From Octopus sinensis (lineage: Eukaryota), in assembly GCF_006345805.1 (NCBI RefSeq), contig NC_043001.1, positions 119,040,001 to 119,104,000 on the forward strand: 64,000 bases of DNA, in the 5' to 3' direction. Shown in pieces: positions 12,915 to 25,160 of this stretch (its first letter is position 1; the number at the start of each line of letters is the position of its first letter). Under the pieces are notes generated by a model. That model had not been told where the DNA came from. It saw nothing but the letters and a program-made list of their open reading frames with translations, and searched no databases. The position numbers and the translations under genes are program-made.

Positions 12915-14715
12915 GTGCTGATGATGACTATGATGATGATGATGATGGTGATGATAAGGAAAAGGCTAGAGAGCTGTGAAGAAGACAGGGCGAAGAAAAA
13001 ATATAATCATCATCGTCATCATCTTTATCACCATCCTCACCATCGTCATTGCTCTCGTCCCCATCATCATTTCCTTCTCCTCCTCATCTTCACAATCATC
13101 ATCATCATCATCACCAACACTCTATCACCACCACAACCACCACCGTCACTATCATCATCGTCACCATCATCCTCATTATTGCTATCGCTACCATCATGAC
13201 CATGATCATGATGATGATGATCATCATCATCATCATCAACAACATCATCATCATCGTCATCGTCATCATTATCATCGGCATCCTCCTCATCGTCAGCAGT
13301 GTTACTATAGTGCCATATCTTTTTTAATAAGTAAAACGGTATTACTTTGGTCATGGGCCGGCCGATAAAAACACACAAAAAGAAAACATCCCTATCATAA
13401 CTATCACCATGATGATTATGTCATCAACATGGACATAATCATCATTAATATCATCTTCGTTGTCATTATCATCTATAATGACAACGTGGTGGCATCGATT
13501 ACGACGACAATAATGACTAGATGATGATTTGGGCAACGATAATAATGACGATGATGACGACGACGACAACGATGATAATGATGATGATGAGGAGGTGGAG
13601 AAGGAGATGCATTGATGAGGATAAAAATGGTATTGATGAAGATGACAATGGCGATGGCGATGAGGCGGATGACAATGGTGAGATGAATGGAGATGAGTGA
13701 TGATAAAGATGATAATAGCGACAACGAGGATGACGATGGCGACGACGACAATGATAATGATGATGACGACGATGATGATGATGGTGGTGGTGTAGTGGTA
13801 ACGATTATGATGATGATGATGGTGGTGATGACGCTGATGATGATGATGATGGTGGTGGTGATGATGTTGATAGTGGTGATGATGATGATGACGATGGTTG
13901 TGGTAGCAGCTGCTGCTATTGCTGGTAGTATTGATAATGATGATGATGCTGATGATGATGATGATGATAACGATGACAACAACGACGACGATGATGATGA
14001 TGAAAATTATGGGATGGTACAGGCGATGATGGTGATATGATAATGACGGTTGCGATATGACGACGACGATGATGATGATGATGATGATGATTATGATGAG
14101 AAGGAGACATAATCTAAAAGATATTATATTTGTAGTAGTAGTGAGAAGATGATGGTGATGTTTGTGATGATGATGATGATGATGTTTAGTAGGCTGTCGA
14201 TAGTGGTACATCTAGTGTTGATGATGACGATTACGAACGAGGATGATAAGGATTATGATGATGATGATGGTGATGATGATGATGATGATGATGATGATAA
14301 CGACGATGCCATTAGCTGGACGGGATTAGATGAGGACGGTAATAAAAATGAGTTTTGTTTAATAATGACAACTGTTACGTTTTGAACTCCCCCACCATGA
14401 CCATCACGACGACGACGACGATCATCACCACCACCACCACCACCACCACCACCACCACCACCACCACCACCACCACCACCACACCACCACCACCACCACC
14501 ACCACCACACCACCACCACCACCACCACCACCACCACCACCACCACAAACAGCACTATTATTACTGCTGCTACTGCTGCCATTGAAGCCATACAATATCT
14601 GTAAAACCAGCAATATGGTTAGTTTTGGCATTGAATGCATTATTTAGAGACGTGGCTAGTAAATAACTCTACCACCACCACCACCACCACCACCACCACC
14701 ACCACCACCACTACT
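12915..14715. repeat. 1.8-kb cryptic trinucleotide field (CAT/GAT, CAC, TAC) with strand switches
   Basis: Direct reading; source of the spurious poly-His/Asp/Met/Thr ORFs. Confidence 0.9.
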
Positions 14716-14749
14716 ACTACTAGTGGTGATGGTACTGGTGTACATTCAT

Positions 14750-14990
14750 TTAGCCCCAGGTCAATCCTGTTCGAGCTAACTTATGGTCAAAGACATCCCA
14801 CCTTGGCCATCCCGCCTGATGTAATCTTTTTTAATTTTGCTTTTTGCTTTTATTTTTCGAAACGGTAGGGTACGATCTGTGTGTATTGTGCAGGGTACGA
14901 TCTGTGTGTAATGCGCAGGGTAGGATTTCTGTGTGATGTGATATCTATTCCTAACAGATCTAGCGATTTAAATAGTGGTTCCGGAGTTCG
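14750..14990 (-). mobile_element. Old dispersed repeat, family D
   Basis: TTTAGCCCCAGGTCA...TATGGTCAAAGACATCCCACCTTGGCCATCCC core recurs at least 12 more times in the window. Confidence 0.6.
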
Positions 14991-15494
14991 GATTAGTAAT
15001 GGTGATAGTCGGTACTATAGGCGAATATGGTGACGGTGGCGAGAGAGGCTACTATTGTAACGACATCAATAGTAATGTAGCTGCAGCAAAAATAAAAAAA
15101 AACCCCAAAAAAAACAAAGCAAAAAGGTGTAATGAGAGTAATAGAATGGCAGCAGAAGTATAATAGGAGCAATAGTATGGCAGCGACTGCAATAGCATGG
15201 TAGCCCCAGCCATAGTATTGTATCAGCAGCAAATAGAATGGTAGCGACAGCCACAATAGCTATAAATAACAACAGTCAGTGTTTTTGTTATTTAACTCCA
15301 GTCTTTGATCAAAGACGCTCCTGCCGTGACCCATCCTGCTTTTCCTATGTGCAGGAAACTCAGAATCACATTATTCAATGTATCATTTCCTAAAGCAGTA
15401 CAGTGTGGTTAAAGGAAGATTTAGCTACTATTTCTAACCGATCGAGTGATCAGATAGGAATTAGTTCGTATGCTAATTCTTACTTGTTTTAGCA

Positions 15495-15710
15495 CAGGGC
15501 CAGCAATTACGGGTGAAGAGAAAAATCAATTACATTGATCCTTGCACATGGGTGCTAATTATTTTATCGACCCCCACCCACCCCGCCACAACCACCGTAA
15601 AAGGATGAAAGGCAAAGTCAACTCCGGCAGAATTTGAACTCAAAATGTGAAGACGGACGAAATTGCCGCTAAACATTTTGTCCAGCGTGCTAACGATTCT
15701 GCCAGTTCTT
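15495..15710 (-). mobile_element. Meta-like tRNA SINE
   Basis: Reverse complement: CTGGCAGAATCGTTAGCACG...GAGTTCAAATTCTGCCGGAGTTGACTTTGCCTTTCATCCTTT. Confidence 0.75.
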
Positions 15711-15719
15711 AACAAAATA

Positions 15720-15840
15720 TTTAGTGACATTTCTCTCGGTGTACGTTTCGAGTTCAAATTCTGCCGAGGTCGAATTTGCCATTCATCAATTTCAGGATCG
15801 ATAAAATAAGTACCAGTTGAGTACTGGGGTCGATGTAAAT
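15720..15840 (+). mobile_element. Meta-like SINE, inverted relative to 15495-15710
   Basis: GAGTTCAAATTCTGCCGAGGTCGAATTTGCCATTCATC...GATAAAATAAGTACCAGTTGAGTACTGGGGTCGATG. Confidence 0.75.
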
Positions 15841-15888
15841 AGAAAAAGAATATAAAAAATGGTACTACAGGTAGCAACAGCAACAGCA

Positions 15889-16392
15889 GTGGAGGCGCAA
15901 TGGCCCAGTGGTTAGGGCAACGGACCTGCGGTCGTAAAAACGCAGTTTCGATTCTCAGACCGGGCATTGTGAGTGTTTATTGAGCAAAAACACCTAAGCT
16001 CCACGAGGCTCCGGCGGGGGTTGGGTGAACCCTGCTGTACTCTTTCACCACAACTTTCTCTCACTCTTTCTTCCTACTTTTGCTACAAAGCAGAGGAACC
16101 ATGGTGTAACCCACTATGGTGTGGTAACCTTTCAGACCCTAGTCTAGCTTGCGAATCCTCTGTACCCCCAGGATGGTTCAGCTCTCCACCCGTTAAAAGC
16201 CACCGCTTACGGAATGAGGATAACAACGTAGCTTTCGCGCCCGTGCAACCGCCAGTCTATCGCGTGTGGTGGGTGGATCTTCAAGTTGCCACACTAGGCT
16301 CGAATTAGAGATTATCCTTTGTGGCTAATGGCGTGAGTCCTGATTGGAAGAAGAAGAAGAAGAAGAAGAAGAAGAAGACGAAGAAGAAGAAG
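15889..16392 (+). mobile_element. tRNA SINE body A + tail 2, (GAA)n end
   Basis: Head and body match 1161-1550; a different ~265-bp tail ends in (GAA)n; ACAGCAACAGCA is duplicated on both flanks. Confidence 0.8.
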
Positions 16393-16682
16393 ACAGCAAC
16401 AGCAACGGCGGCGAGCAACAACGACCACGGTATTAAGCCCATGCAGAGCTTGAAATAAACTTAGCCTGCTGTGAAATATAGACACGGACCAATTGTGAAA
16501 GAAAGGTTCTATTTCAAAAGGTAATAGGCTCGGGCAAGGTGTGAACTCTAGGCTGCATTGCAAATGGCAAAAGTTCCAGTCTGATGTAATATATAGGTAC
16601 TGACAGTTTCAGCAGGTAATAGATGCCGTTCAGGTATGAAATATAGGCCATTTTTCCAAGTGCTCAATAAGTATTTTAGTAA

Positions 16683-17005
16683 AGGGTAACGAACCCTTTC
16701 GGTCATGATTGAAAGTTCCTCTCCGAGGCACAAGTCCTGGCAAGATTGCTTATAGACGACCAGCGGTCGTCCATGCATACCAGCATCTTCTCTCCACGCC
16801 ACCGATGTTATCCAAGGGAAAGGCAAAGGCTGATACAGCTTGGCATCAGTGAGGTCGCAACTTATATCTATAGCTGAGTTAACTGTAGCAACGTAAAATA
16901 TAGTGTCTCGCTCAAGAACACAACACATAGCACGGTCTGAGAATCGAACTCACTACCTCATGATTGTGAGCCCAACACTCTAACCACTGAGCCATGCGCC
17001 TTCAC
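16683..17005 (-). mobile_element. CORE-type SINE + tail 4 with 15-bp TSD
   Basis: TAAGTATTTTAGTAA at 16668-16682 and 17006-17020; A and B boxes present; tail shared with 22995 and 37312. Confidence 0.9.
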
Positions 17006-17737
17006 TAAGTATTTTAGTAATCAGTGTTAAATACGTTCATGTAAGGTTTACAGATTTATACAGATACACAGTGTAGAAGGTGTGTGACTGGGTGTATACA
17101 CGAAAATATTTACATTAGTATTCTCAAGATACATGCAATTATATATACATACATGTATAAGTAGTATACACGTAGAATGCTTATAGAGCAGTGTTAAGAT
17201 TCTGTAGGTTCTAGTATACATGTAGTATATATGTAGTATTCTGTAGACTCCTAGTTGCAAGTCCTGGAAGGTTTCAAGTAAAATATATTACACTTTTGAT
17301 CTCTGGCGGCCCCCTAACTGACAGGTCTTTGGGTTGCAGCCTCTAATTCCCATATTTTATTCAAGCGCTATGCACATGTAGGATATACGCGGAAATACAC
17401 TTATAAAAGTGCTCGACGTACTTACAAATGGGTATATACACATGTATACACAATTTACCGAAAGGAAGAAAAGAACCAATGCAATCTATGAATGGAAAAA
17501 ATAATAAAGGGACCCACGCCACCCTCGCTTAACGCGCCAACTGACCCACCTGCACTCCTCTCCCTAGGTCGGTGGATTATTATTATTATTATAAATTAGT
17601 AGTAGTAGTAGTAGTAGTAGTAATAGTAGTTGTAGTAGTAGTTGTCTTAGTAGTCGTAGCAGTAACAGCATGCTGCTGCTTCTACTACTGCAGTAGTGTT
17701 AATGTTGTCAGTTCTTCTTCTTCTTCTTCTTCTTCTT

Positions 17738-17779
<42 letters not shown>

Positions 17780-17799
17780 AAGTAGTAGTAGGTACTGTT

Positions 17800-17990
17800 G
17801 TGGTTTACTCCCAGGGATGTCTTGAGCAAGCAGACAAATAAACAGATCTTCAACAAACGACCACCCCATATGACCACCCTGTCATTTTATTTCTAGCTAT
17901 GGCCTACCTCGACTACATTATTCAGTGTGTCTTTCTTTTATTTAACAGTTGTCGTAGTGAATTGAGGAAGATTTGGCTGCTCTTTCAAAC
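17800..17990 (-). mobile_element. Family D repeat
   Basis: TTGAGCAAGCAGAC...TATGACCACCC...GAAGATTTGGCTGCTCTTTC. Confidence 0.5.
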
Positions 17991-18159
17991 TAGTCGTGTT
18001 GATTGGTTCGGGGGTGTTGATGGCTGTTGTAACAACGGCGGTTGCAAGCACTGTTTGACGGAAGACAGGCTATGTGAAAAGAGGGAGGGAAGGAGAGGGC
18101 AAGATGGCGAACAGAGCGGTCCATTTGTCGCAGAGTAAAGTTCTCGGTAAATCTGTATG

Positions 18160-18350
18160 TGGTCTCTTGACATGCTAGAAACAGCAGCCAAATTTGGGAA
18201 AAGGAAAACGAAAAAAAACGATATATTGAATGGTGTCGGCGATCTTGGATACACTATCATTGAAAAGCAAGGCTTTGTAGCCATGGGTGGAATGTCTTTT
18301 ATTGTAGAGAGATACTCATTCAGATGCGACCCTGGGCTTAACAACAACAG
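18160..18350 (+). mobile_element. Family D repeat, opposite orientation to 17800
   Basis: TGCTAGAAACAGCAGCCAAATT...CCCTGGGCTTAACAACAAC. Confidence 0.5.
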
Positions 18351-18593
18351 GTTGGCAGCGCGCCAGGTGGCCAACCCGCCAGCTTGCCAACCTGTCAGCC
18401 GATCAACTTGTCTGACTGCCGTCCATTTACTATTAGCTGATGTTTCTACCCTAACGCCAGTTGGCTTTTTGATGTTCCTTAAATTAAATATGTTAACACC
18501 AACTGAAATAGCCAATAGTTGCAGCTGATACCGTAGCGGTAGTAGTAGTAGTAGTAGTAGTGTAGTAGTAGTAGTAGTAGTAGTAGTAGTTGC

Positions 18594-18626
<33 letters not shown>

Positions 18627-18744
18627 GCCTAGGTCAACTCTGATCGAGCAGAGCTAACTTATGATCAAAGAAATCCCAGCCGTGACCACCGCCTCTGAAC
18701 AGCCGAGTCGGAATCTCCTGGCAATACACACACACACACACACA

Positions 18745-18775
<31 letters not shown>

Positions 18776-18902
18776 CTCACTCACTCAATTACTCACTCAC
18801 ACTCATGAACACACACATACACATATGTAAAAAGATGTTACAGTATCACTGACAATCTGAAGTAAATACAAGTACATACACACACACATGTGTGTGTGTG
18901 TG

Positions 18903-18977
<75 letters not shown>

Positions 18978-19069
18978 ATATTGTGCGTGTGCGTCTGTGC
19001 GCGCGTGTGTGGCCTAATACTGTTGCATACACACCTTCACAACTCTGGACTACTATTTATATAATACAA

Positions 19070-19215
19070 AATTGTTGCTTGACCTGTTAGAAATGGCAGT
19101 CAAAATCTCCCTCAAATCACAACAACCGCCACCGTCTCAGAAAAGATCATTGAAAAGTGGTCCTAGGCTTTTGTTCTGCAAATAAGAACAGAAGGGATGG
19201 TCACAACTAGATTTC
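19070..19215 (+). mobile_element. Family D repeat
   Basis: GACCTGTTAGAAATGGCAGTCAAAATCTCCCTCAAATCAC...GGGATGGTCAC. Confidence 0.55.
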
Positions 19216-19382
19216 TTTAAAATTATGGGGCTCCTCATTCAAAGCTACTCCACCACCACAACCACCACCACTACTCTTCCCCAGCACCATCACCATCGCC
19301 ATCACCATCGCCATCACCATAATATCACCGCTACCTCACCCCGCCATCATTATTTCTTCTTCTTCTTCATCATCATCATCTG

Positions 19383-19424
<42 letters not shown>

Positions 19425-19444
19425 GCAGCAACCCATTGCACTGT

Positions 19445-19580
19445 GGTTTGACTTGCTGGAAACAGTAGCCAAATTCCGGTCTCGGTTAATGTAGTCCTAG
19501 ATACACACAAAGGGACGGTATGATCACGACTGGAATGCATTCGATCAAAGGGCTTGCTTATTCGATCATAGCTGACCCGG
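19445..19580 (+). mobile_element. Family D repeat
   Basis: GACTTGCTGGAAACAGTAGCCAAATT...CACGACTGGAATGCATTCGATCA...GCTGACCCGG. Confidence 0.55.
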
Positions 19581-19804
19581 TGTTAAACATCAACATTAAT
19601 AACAACAATATAGAACTATGTTTTCCTGTAATTCGCTACATCTTTTAATGGTGATATCGACAGAGAATCCCTTGGTAAACGCTATGGCTGACATAGACTC
19701 CTCTCTAATTAATCGCTGCCAGCCGTCACCCTGCCGCCTTTGTAAGCAAAAGTCTACTTTCGATTACACTGGTCAATGTTTATTTTTTCCACTTGTTATA
19801 GTTT

Positions 19805-20000
19805 AACTACTGTTCAACTTTGACTGAATAAGCGTATGATGAAAAGTATTCCAGCCGTGACCATCCCATGTGTAGACTGTCAAAGTCTATATTGCTCAAT
19901 GTATTTCTTTTCCATTATTTTTTTTTTTAGTTTTAAAGAGCCTTGATCATACCCAACTTGAGGAAATTTGGCTGCTATTTTTATTAGCTCGAGGGTCGAC
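19805..20000 (-). mobile_element. Family D repeat
   Basis: TATTCCAGCCGTGACCATCCC...GAAATTTGGCTGCTATTT. Confidence 0.6.
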
Positions 20001-20049
20001 ATAGAGACCCTCACCTCTCTCCTTCGTTATTTGGTACTGAATTATAGTG

Positions 20050-21012
20050 ATGATGGACAATGTTGACATAGGTGTATTGGCGCTGGTATTAGTGGTGAGA
20101 AAATGATGGATGCATTGGTGCTGGTAGTGCTAGTGTTAGTGGTGAACAAACACTAGTTGCATTGTTGTTGTTGGTGATGGCGGTTGTGGCAGTAGAGGTG
20201 GTTGTGACAATAATGTTGGTTATGATAGTGGTGGTGGTTGTGGTAGTGGTGGTGGTTGTGGGAGTGGTGCAGGTGGTGGTTTTGGTCATGATCGTAGTGT
20301 TTGGTAGTAGTGGCTTTGTTGGTGTTGATGTTGATTTTGCTGTCGATTTGATCTTGCCACAATAATAGTCGCCAGTGTTGAATGGTTTGTAGTGAGGGTC
20401 TGTATCAAGATGATTAGATTGGAAATAATACTGAAGGAAGACAGATATTATGTTGGTTTGTTGTGAGGATGAACGGTTATGTTGGTAGTGTTGTGAGGAT
20501 AAAGTCTAGTGTTGTTTGGGGTTGCTGGTTTGATACAGGTGGTGTTGTGAGTTGTGGCGATAAAGGCGTCGGTGTGTAGTCATGATGGTAATAGAACTGT
20601 GTTATGGGATAGAGACAGTGTGTTGGCGTGTGGTAGTGATGGGGGTGGTGTGTCGTGACGCTGTTGTGATGGTGTTGTGTTGTGATGATAGAGCTGTTGT
20701 GATGTGTTGTTATTATGATAGAACTGTTGTGGTGCGTTGTTGTGATGATAGAGGTGGTGTGTTAGTGTGTCATGATGAATGCAGGTGATGTGTCGGTGTG
20801 CTGGTGTGTTGTGAAGGTACTGACACATATCACAAATAATAGTAATTATTTTATAGTACCATAATTGTGGACATATTAGTAGTACTACAAGTAGAAGCAA
20901 CAGTAGTATCCGTTATGATAGTAGTGGGTGTTGATGGTGGTGGTGGTGGTTAATTTTGGGATTTAGAAATAGTTGTAGCAGTAAGAAAAAGAATAGAAAG
21001 AGAAGTAGTAGC

Positions 21013-21070
<58 letters not shown>

Positions 21071-21220
21071 CTAGTTATTGTTTTTGTAGTAATGGTGGTT
21101 GTGGTAGCTGTTTTGCTGGGGTACTAGAAGTTGTAGCAAGAGAAGCAGTAGTGGCAGGATAGTAGTTTTAGCGCCAACAGAGACAGCAGCAGTAGCGGTA
21201 ACAGTAGCAGTAGCTGTAAT
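20050..21220. repeat. Cryptic (GGT/GTT/AGT)n low-complexity field
   Basis: Direct reading. Confidence 0.85.
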
Positions 21221-21924
21221 AGTTGCAAAAATGAAGTGCCCTGCACACTGGCACGTATAAAGCATCTCGTATACACAAACACAAACACGCATACGCACAC
21301 ACACACACAGACACACACATATGCACACACACACACATACACACACATACACACACAAACAAACATACGAACACATATTTGAATACTATTCCCATCAAAC
21401 CATAGTTGCACTACAGGTAGTTCTAAATTCTATAGAGCTACCATTATACTCGAATGAATCGAACGTATGTGCGGATCGATAGATGCGTATATGGATACAG
21501 CTGTGTGTATGTATATAGTATTATGTGTAATGTGTGTATCAGTGAATGAATGCATGCATGCATGTTTGAGTATGTGTGTGTGTGTTTGTCTTCACGCGCG
21601 TATGTGTGCATACGTGTGTGTATGTATGTGTGTATATACATTTGTATATGGTCACTATTTTTTATTTATTTATTTTGAATTCTTCCAATACGGAAGGAAG
21701 TGGTTTCTAACAAATGTACACATTCTTGCTTGTCTATATGTCTACGTATATATGCATGTGTGAATATATATGTATATGTGTATAGTCATACACATATAAA
21801 CACACATATATTCCTAACAACCACATTGTACACAAGCTTCACGTGGACTTTTTCGCTTCGATTATTCCTTTTGTTTACTTCAGTTTTTCCTCGTCTTTCC
21901 TTCTCTCTTTCTACTCTATTCACA

Positions 21925-21962
21925 TATTCCGAAGAATGACAATGTCCGAAACGTTGTCAGTA
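21925..21962 (+). ncRNA. Degenerate minimal hammerhead-like motif (Penelope-like terminus)
   Basis: TATT-CCGAAGA-ATGACAATGTCC-GAAA-CGTTG-TC-AGTA; U4 is changed to C and the stems are short. Confidence 0.35.
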
Positions 21963-22043
21963 ACTCTTTCGATTTCTCAAAAAACCTTAAACTAATAACT
22001 TTGATCGCGAACATATCCTGTCTTGTTGCTTTATTTTTTGTAC

Positions 22044-22074
<31 letters not shown>

Positions 22075-22789
22075 TTCACACTCTCCCTCTCTCTTTCTCT
22101 TCACGCAAACACGCGCATAAGCAATTTCTCTTCTTGATTGGAGTCTTAGTGTTTATTTTGACCGATCATTAAAAAGATTGCAAAGAAAAGAGTCTTGTTT
22201 CTTTCATTGTCCATTTCGTAACCATTCATCCTTTAAATTTTAATAAGTTATAACAGATATTCTAATAATCTGAAGCGTCTATATCATGGTGTAGTGTTCT
22301 TTCTCAAACAATCCAAGTTCAGCGATTGTTTGATCTTGGCAGACTGGTTAAATATGCTGTCGTTCCAATAACAAACCGTGAAAAGTTAAATGTTTATTTT
22401 GGATTCTAGATTTACAATCTCGTCTTTAATAGTCTATAGGTATTTCCTTTTTCCAGTATTTTTCTCACTAAATCAATGTCAAGTGACTAAGGGACTTCTA
22501 TTATATGATTTTATGTTTCTTTGTATGTACGTGTCCATCCATCCAGCTAGCCAGCCAGCCATTTTAGCTATTCAGTATTCCTGAGAGGTCGTGGCGACAG
22601 AATACTCACGCTTTTCCTTCATAGAGCCCGATCAGAAGCAACTATCATTAAATATTTTCCCGCTGAATTCCCAAGCGTGACCAGCTGGGAATATAAAATC
22701 CATCCATCTCGTTCTTGGTTATATTTCTAGTTCTCCATGCTGGTTGGTTCGTCTTGAAGAATCTGTTTTTATGATTCCTTCCTTCAAAA

Positions 22790-22980
22790 TTCTAACCACA
22801 TATCAGCGGTACTGTAGCTGTGACCGCACATTGTAGAGAAGTGACACCTTGATGTCCGAGCTACGCACCCAGTCGAGTAACGTTACTCCAAAGATCTTTC
22901 GGAGGAACTCCTTTTCGGCCGCTTATATTCGCGGTCATACTCTTTCGGTCATTACTCAACAGTCATGACCCTCTGTCTGT
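22790..22980 (-). mobile_element. RTE LINE RT C-terminal remnant
   Basis: VMTERV*PRI*AAEKEFLRKIFGVTLLDWVRSSDIK...RSQLQYR matches WVMTERxRSRIQAAEMRFLRRxxGVTLLDRVRSS. Confidence 0.75.
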
Positions 22981-22994
22981 CTGTCTGTCTGTCT

Positions 22995-23333
22995 GGGTTC
23001 AGTGGTTAGAGCGTTGGGCTCACAATCACAAGGTCGTGAGATTGATTCCTCGACCGGATTGTGTATTGTCTTCTTCGGCAAGACACTGTTTCACGTTGCT
23101 CCGGTTTACTCAGCTGTAGAAATGAGTTGCAACGTCACTGGTGCTAAGCTGTATCAGGCTTTGCCTTTCCCTTGGATAACATCGGTGGGGTAGAGAGGAG
23201 AAGCTGGTATGCCAGGGCGGCTGCTGGTCTTTCATGAGCAACATTATTCGGACTTGTGGCTCGGAGGGTAAGTTTCTAGGTGCAATCTTATGGTCATTCC
23301 TGACCGAAAGGGTCTTTACCTTTCTTACCTTTT
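22995..23333 (+). mobile_element. CORE-type SINE + tail 4
   Basis: A/B boxes, CORE, and tail ending TTTCTAGGTGCAATC...GACCGAAAGGGTCTTTACC. Confidence 0.85.
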
Positions 23334-23539
23334 AATGTTTATATCCATAATGTGCGTATGCTATTTGGTCAAATGTACACGTATCTGTGGAATACTCAGC
23401 CACTTTGTAATGCAAGGCATAAATAGTGCTAGTGGGAGAATTGGAATACACATTGTCAATTTGTCAAAGACGACAGAGATTTATTTACCTTTTCTTTTTT
23501 AAATCTCTCTACCTATCTATCAATTATAAACCTGAACAT

Positions 23540-23810
23540 CTGCAATCATTGGTCTGCACGATCAGGGCTAATCTGGAAGCAACAACAACACATACATAAA
23601 TACTTGTAGCTAAAGTAGGAGCCTCTCTACAGTCATTCAGCTTGCTAGAATAACATCTAAATATTCTCCAATCCACTTCGTACTGTTTTAAGAAAACTAT
23701 CCCTTTAGACAATGTTGTCTTAGATATAGCATATCTGAAGGACAGGATGGATCTATTTTGCGAGCGCCTTTTATTATAGATCTGTTCGATCCGTGGCCTT
23801 CCACCCATAA
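23540..23810 (+). mobile_element. Family D repeat (two fragments)
   Basis: GATCAGGGCTAATCTGGAAGCAACAAC and GCTTGCTAGAATAACATCTAAAT...GGATGGATC. Confidence 0.5.
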
Positions 23811-24534
23811 TCTTCGTTTTACAAGAAACTGTTGGCAATCTTCATTTATCTGCTGGCTATGGGGGAAGGAAGTCGTGTGATGAATGCAGTCGTTGGTTTG
23901 AGGATAAAGCTTTTCCTCTCAGGCTAAACCCCATCAAATTCTTGGAGCACATTTTGTAGCGAAACATGATGATAGCGAAAGAAGTGCTACGTTACAGTAA
24001 AATTCGTGAAAAGTAGGTGGGAATGGCGAAATTGACATTTTGTAGATGTTCTTTTATCCTCAAACTCTTCCCCAGAGTTACCAGAAAGAAAACGACTACT
24101 CGTTCTTGTGAAACGAAGACTGCTGGTTAAGTTGCATAACAGATTCAGTTGATAACCAAATCCATCCTGCACGTAATTACAATTGTGTTTAGTGTATCAG
24201 AATATTTTGGGGTTATATTTGGGATTCTCCGAGTTACTCTAAATGGTTTCTTTACATTTTTGGACGATCTTTTTTGGTGGGATTTTTTTCCTGCTTTTTA
24301 AAAAAAAATTGTTCTTATACTGCTAGTTCTCTCTATTATTAATATCACCCATTTATTAATATTGTTATTTTTGATCTCACACTTTTACGCTGTGTAACCT
24401 GTGCACCATTTCATTGCTGTTTCCTGATGTATTTCGCTTTTGGGCCTTGTGTCCAATAAGAGAAATCATCATCATCGTCGTCATCGCCATCGTCGTCGTC
24501 GTCGTCGTCGTCGTCATCATCATCATCATCATCA

Positions 24535-24639
<105 letters not shown>

Positions 24640-25020
24640 TTGAATGAGAGAGTAGTGCATGTCATCAAAGTGACACTGGGGTAAAATATACAAAACCCAG
24701 TATACCCATCATAACTATCCGTCTGATAATGGCTCACCAGGCACATGCATAACAACCATATGTGAGCGACATAGTGATCTCATATCAAGATAAACAGCCC
24801 ATGACCTTGCAGGTGGGGCTCCAAAAATGAATTATACAAGCCCCAAAGAATTCTTTTCAAGACATGGCTATGACGCTCCCCCACTACTTCTGCTCGTGAT
24901 CAGAGATGCACATACTGTCAGCCACTTAAGAGAATGCTCAACTGGTTTAGGTCAAACAACTGACAAGCAAATCTGTGGCATTGAGCAGAATATTCGCTGT
25001 AGCCCATCTTCTATACGAAG
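24640..25020 (-). mobile_element. Element E, (AAT)n-flanked non-coding retroposon, internally deleted copy
   Basis: Reverse complement of 38910-39375 with ~100 bp missing; (ATT)n/(AAT)n on both sides. Confidence 0.8.
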
Positions 25021-25067
25021 ACAAAACATCATCATTATTATTGTTATTATTATTATTATTATTGTTG

Positions 25068-25108
<41 letters not shown>

Positions 25109-25118
25109 TAAAAAAAAA

Positions 25119-25160
<42 letters not shown>

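Noticed and set aside
12915-14640. Long poly-His/Asp/Met/Thr/Ile ORFs (up to 286 aa)
   Set aside because: Cryptic trinucleotide repeats are open in several frames on both strands, switch strand mid-field, and have no splice context or non-repetitive domain.
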